Below are positions 41,468-42,516 of a stretch of DNA of 42,516 bases, in pieces (positions within the stretch are counted from its first letter, which is position 1; each line of letters opens with the position of its first letter). This stretch comes from a virus. Under the pieces are notes generated by a model. It was not told the origin of the DNA and did no database searches. It saw only the letters and a program-made list of their open reading frames with translations. The DNA lies in IMG/VR virus record IMGVR_UViG_3300013104_000038, positions 1-42,516 of that record, one strand, 5' to 3'. The translations under genes were made by a program, and so were the position numbers.

Positions 41468-41853
41468 TTGCTGAATACTCCGAGTAGATAAAGGGTGGCG
41501 GCCGTACACGCTTGGATCGCGAGCATGGTCAGAAGGTAACGTTGCCAGAAGCGGCGCGGGGTCATGACGGCATGCGCTCGGCGTAGCACTTGTCGCGCAT
41601 CGCAAAGTAGAACGCGCGCTCCGGTCCCGCCGGCCAGTGCATGACAGCCGTACGCGTCGATACCTTGCGCCAGATACTGCCGTTGCACTCGAATAATGCC
41701 GCGCGGAACATCGCGGAACGGTACGCAAGGCAGTCTGCGCCGCATGCTTCCGGCGGGTGTTTCGTGGCAATCGACGGCCGCCGATTCGCCGCGTTCTACC
41801 GCGCCGGTTACGTGGTGGCGCAATGCGCTCAACGCCAGATTATTAGTGGCCAT
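41464..41853 (-). CDS. Hypothetical protein with a C-terminal transmembrane segment (129 aa).
   Basis: GGAG lies 8 nt upstream of the ATG. The C-terminus is YLLTMLAIQACTAATLYLLGVF. Confidence 0.6.
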   Translation of the reverse strand: MATNNLALSALRHHVTGAVERGESAAVDCHETPAGSMRRRLPCVPFRDVPRGIIRVQRQYLAQGIDAYGCHALAGGTGARVLLCDARQVLRRAHAVMTPRRFWQRYLLTMLAIQACTAATLYLLGVFSK

Positions 41854-42004
41854 GATTGCGGCTCCAATGGTCTACGTTGCGAGCGTCGAGGGTGACGTGC
41901 GCGCCGTCGGTATGCGGCGCATCGGTAAGCGGTTCAAGCGTGGCGTTCGCGAGGCTGCCGATATGCAAGGCGACGGCATCGGTTTGTGTGGCGTTATCGG
42001 GCAT
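41843..42004 (-). CDS. Hypothetical acidic protein (53 aa).
   Basis: AGGA lies 9 nt upstream of the internal ATG at 42004. Confidence 0.5.
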   Translation of the reverse strand: MPDNATQTDAVALHIGSLANATLEPLTDAPHTDGAHVTLDARNVDHWSRNHGH

Positions 42005-42233
42005 GGCGTGCAGTCCTGTTACTAGCTGGGCCGGGACGTTCAACTGTCACGACATACCCTTTCTGTTTCCATTGCTTCACCTGCCAGTGCATTGCGTCGA
42101 TTGTGTCCGCGCGTTCAAAGCTACCGCGTGCCGCGAAGCTGGGTTGAACCCAGTTGACAATCTCGCCGAGATGGCGGGCAACGATAACGAAGCGTGCGAG
42201 CGGGCCGAACTCGGTGGACTGGCGGGCGTTCAT
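41994..42233 (-). CDS. Hypothetical protein (79 aa).
   Basis: The ATG overlaps the stop of the upstream micro-ORF (ATGA). Confidence 0.6.
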   Translation of the reverse strand: MNARQSTEFGPLARFVIVARHLGEIVNWVQPSFAARGSFERADTIDAMHWQVKQWKQKGYVVTVERPGPASNRTARHAR

Positions 42234-42310
42234 ACGTTGAAAAACCGGGCGATGGCGCGGCCCAGCAACAGGGCGGTGATGACGATTACGGCAAGGATCA
42301 AGGCGAGCAT
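42230..42310 (-). CDS. 26-aa hydrophobic micro-protein, first ORF of the early operon.
   Basis: GGAG lies 8 nt upstream of the ATG at 42310. Translation: MLALILAVIVITALLLGRAIARFFNV. The stop overlaps the next ATG. Confidence 0.45.
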   Translation of the reverse strand: MLALILAVIVITALLLGRAIARFFNV

Positions 42311-42343
42311 GTCGGTGGCTCCAGGTGCGTTGTCGATGGCGCT

Positions 42344-42372
42344 AAGTTACGCGCTACTGACGCGGCCGTCAA
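42344..42372 (-). promoter_or_regulatory. Sigma70-like early promoter of the CCTATTGACGG family.
   Basis: Minus strand: TTGACG (42372-42367), 17-nt spacer, TAACTT (42349-42344). It lies about 35 nt upstream of the first early ORF. Confidence 0.55.
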
Positions 42373-42419
42373 TAGGCAAAGCGAAACGATAGAGTTCAGT
42401 AACTCACTGCAGCAATCAC

Positions 42420-42516
42420 ATGCGCCTGCCCTGGTGATGCGCCTGCCCTGGTGATGCGCCTGCCCTGGTGATGCGCCTGCCCTGGTGATGCGCCTGCCCT
42501 GGTGATGCGCCTGCCC
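42420..42516. repeat. 17-bp tandem array, same unit as at 1-130. An 11-nt partial copy plus 5 full copies, running off the right edge of the window.
   Basis: Units start at 42431, 42448, 42465, 42482 and 42499. I calibrated coordinates against the stop of ORF 42194..42454. Confidence 0.97.

Noticed and set aside
1-42516. Search by eye for integrase/lysogeny genes, reverse transcriptase/DGR, tRNAs, transposases and known defence or anti-defence families.
   Set aside because: None was recognised in any listed ORF or in the intergenic regions. Absence is by inspection only and should be confirmed with profile searches and tRNA scanners.

Overview
The window looks like one complete, or nearly complete, genome of a GC-rich tailed phage of about 42.4 kb. 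Both ends lie in the same 17-bp tandem array, and the last 86 nt equal the first 86 nt. Reading left to right:

- **Left end (1-1202):** a repeat-rich non-coding segment, one leftward zinc-ribbon gene, and an AT-rich island of about 390 bp.
- **Late operon (+, 1203-24022):**
  - Lysis genes: GH19 endolysin, holin, overlapping spanins.
  - Packaging genes: HNH endonuclease, small and large terminase.
  - Head genes: HK97-type portal, protease and capsid.
  - Three translationally coupled glycosyltransferases.
  - Head-tail joining genes and the major tail protein.
  - G/GT chaperone with a GGGAAAA -1 slip site.
  - Tape measure, an RcGTA-like distal tail module, and a LamG-domain protein.
- **Leftward replication block (24032-31733):** a family-A DNA polymerase split into exonuclease and polymerase ORFs by a Dam-like methyltransferase gene, then a DUF2493-like protein, a DUF2815-like SSB and a Cas4-like nuclease.
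- **Rightward block (31815-38651):** SF2 helicase, VRR-NUC nuclease, a short TetR-like HTH protein, an AEP primase/D5-type helicase and two small wHTH-like proteins.
- **Convergence point:** a 37-bp x3.5 tandem array.
- **Leftward early operon (42310 to 38736):** about 16 small genes, several below the ORF-track size cutoff.

No integrase, classical repressor, tRNA, CRISPR array or transposase was recognised.

The most unusual items are:
1. The glycosyltransferase trio inside the head operon.
2. The split polymerase, whose exonuclease fragment ends in an SSB-like ...DFDYDNEIPF tip.
3. Several repeat families (17-bp, 37-bp and 60-bp), two of which share a GCCCTGGTG core.

All family assignments come from motifs read by eye and from recollection of families. 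No searches were run.
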